Positions 31,784 through 32,035 of a stretch of 32,035 nucleotides of DNA are shown piece by piece. The position numbers were made by a program, and so were the translations under genes. Source of the stretch: Catajapyx aquilonaris (Eukaryota); contig JYFJ02004460.1 in NCBI GenBank assembly GCA_000934665.2, positions 1-32,035 of the forward strand, given 5' to 3'. The notes under the pieces were generated by a model. That model had not been told where the DNA came from and made no database searches. It saw only the letters and a program-made list of their open reading frames with translations. Within the stretch, counting starts at the first letter, position 1, and every line of letters begins with the position of its first letter.

Positions 31784-32035
31784 GTGTAAACCAAAACCAG
31801 CCACTCCAGCAAAAGGCATGCAAGCAGTTTGAAACAAATACTAAATACGGCTAGGAACAAAACCATCCAATTTCCGAAGTTACTTTGCGATCCTGGGCCC
31901 ACAAGAAAGCCTCTGGGCAGAGCTGAACTGACAGAAGGTACAGTGCTGGACACAATAGCATATAACAAGTGTAAACAACGACTTTGGCGTTACCTGGCAA
32001 CTGGTCGTGTTCGGACATCGTCATGTGGAGAGTGC

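Overview
Animal genomic DNA, most likely an arthropod (inferred from the tweek-like protein sequence and DRE promoter motifs). The window holds the 5' portion of one minus-strand gene, the BLTP1/KIAA1109/tweek bridge-like lipid transfer protein ortholog. I reconstructed 15 phase-consistent coding exons from the ATG at 26180 down to 360 (2964 nt, 988 aa). The gene continues beyond the left edge, and one intron uses a GC donor. Most other ORFs in the track are spurious. The introns and 5' region are packed with non-autonomous DNA transposons, many of them long fold-back palindromes of 0.1-2.3 kb with Kolobok-, Tc1/mariner/pogo-, hAT- and Harbinger-like ends. Also present are two mariner remnants, four tRNA-derived SINEs, a multi-level nested insertion, and a ~165-bp tandem array that flips head-to-head into a ~1.55-kb palindrome. 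A DRE/CTCF-like motif cluster near the right end suggests a promoter. I see no clearly new protein-coding system; the unusual signal is the density and architecture of long hairpin-forming DNA inside one pre-mRNA.
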